Shown here: one piece after another, positions 34,681 through 34,780 of the stretch
Numbering within the stretch: position 1 is the stretch's first letter
Layout: every line of letters begins with the position of its first letter
DNA from: an uncultured Candidatus Saccharibacteria bacterium
GTDB lineage: Bacteria > Patescibacteriota > Minisyncoccia > Phycocordibacterales > SBAW01
NCBI GenBank assembly: GCA_964357485.1
Contig: CAYHLQ010000002.1
Coordinates: 1-34,780, forward strand
DNA length: 34,780 nt
Reading direction: 5' to 3'
The notes under the pieces: model-generated
Seen by the model: the letters and a program-made list of their open reading frames with translations, nothing else
What the model was told of the DNA's origin: nothing
Database searches by the model: none
Program-made: the position numbers and the translations under genes

Positions 34681-34709
34681 ATAATACCCCCCGGGGGTAT
34701 TAGTGTCAA
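34681..34709 (-). promoter_or_regulatory. sigma70-type promoter TTGACA-17nt-TATTAT with embedded CsoR-type operator ATACCCCC-C-GGGGGTAT
   Basis: On the minus strand the -35 is at 34704-34709 and the -10 at 34681-34686. The palindrome at 34684-34700 fills the spacer and overlaps the -10. The ATG at 34673 lies 7 nt after the -10. Confidence 0.75.
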
Positions 34710-34780
34710 ATACAGATGTGTGCCACAATGGAGGTATTACTAGCTTTTCGTACACATCTATGGAAAATACTCGTTTGTCT

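Noticed and set aside
34674-34709. N-terminal extension of the csoR ORF (MTLIPPGGIMEI...). Similar extensions affect pilD (to 9213), the minor pilin (to 7112), pilB (to 16671), ligA (to 5847) and the HYR protein (to 11582).
   Set aside because: The extensions run through a promoter/operator (csoR) or through the upstream gene (pilD). They give atypical leaders before the G/FTLIE site or precede a clear signal peptide. Several begin with non-ATG codons.

Overview
This 34.8-kb window looks like bacterial chromosome with standard genetic code, since genes end in TGA, TAA and TAG and no gene is split by an in-frame TGA. It has three parts.

(1) Positions 1-20.2 kb are core genome, almost entirely on the minus strand. 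They hold two CAT-anticodon tRNAs (one partial at the window edge, one initiator-like), gatA, gatC and ligA. A contiguous ~14-kb type IV pilus/competence locus follows: pilM-N-O, a small TM gene, pilB, pilT, pilC, the major pilin, a secreted HYR-repeat protein, a second pilin, pilD and four minor pilins, with a divergent comF. There is no secretin gene. That, plus the many small membrane ORFs, suggests a Gram-positive-type or CPR/Patescibacteria-like envelope; this is inference only.

(2) Positions 20.1-31.2 kb are a tRNA-Ser(GCU) followed by an ~11-kb integrative island. It carries a tyrosine integrase, an excisionase-like HTH and a winged-helix rep-like gene with a highly structured leader. 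Its cargo is compositionally mosaic: a GC-rich block with one 139-aa ORF, three small membrane ORFs and a 228-aa unknown. It also carries a visibly AT-richer, tightly packed three-gene plus-strand operon. That operon encodes a 1174-aa Upf1-like SF1 helicase with a C-terminal Vsr/DUF559-like endonuclease, a 515-aa Cas4-like PD-(D/E)xK plus DEDDy-exonuclease fusion (DUF2779-like), and a 263-aa HNH-like zinc-finger protein. This operon is my best candidate for an undescribed anti-mobile-element defence system.

(3) Positions 31.2-34.8 kb are a minus-strand copper operon: csoR, a CopB-type CPH P1B-ATPase, a Cys/His membrane protein, a Met-rich DUF305 protein and a secreted His-motif protein. Its TTGACA-17-TATTAT promoter embeds a CsoR-type C-rich/G-rich palindrome.

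Smaller observations:
- a 7-nt x4 repeat sits in a minor-pilin leader and could drive phase variation;
- an in-frame double palindrome lies in ligA;
- an identical 21-nt palindrome follows both the ligA and pilT stop codons;
- a 66-bp GTATAA(A)G inverted array lies upstream of the major pilin;
- ATTGG motifs cluster in the promoter region of the helicase operon.

All family assignments come from motif reading by eye. No searches were run.
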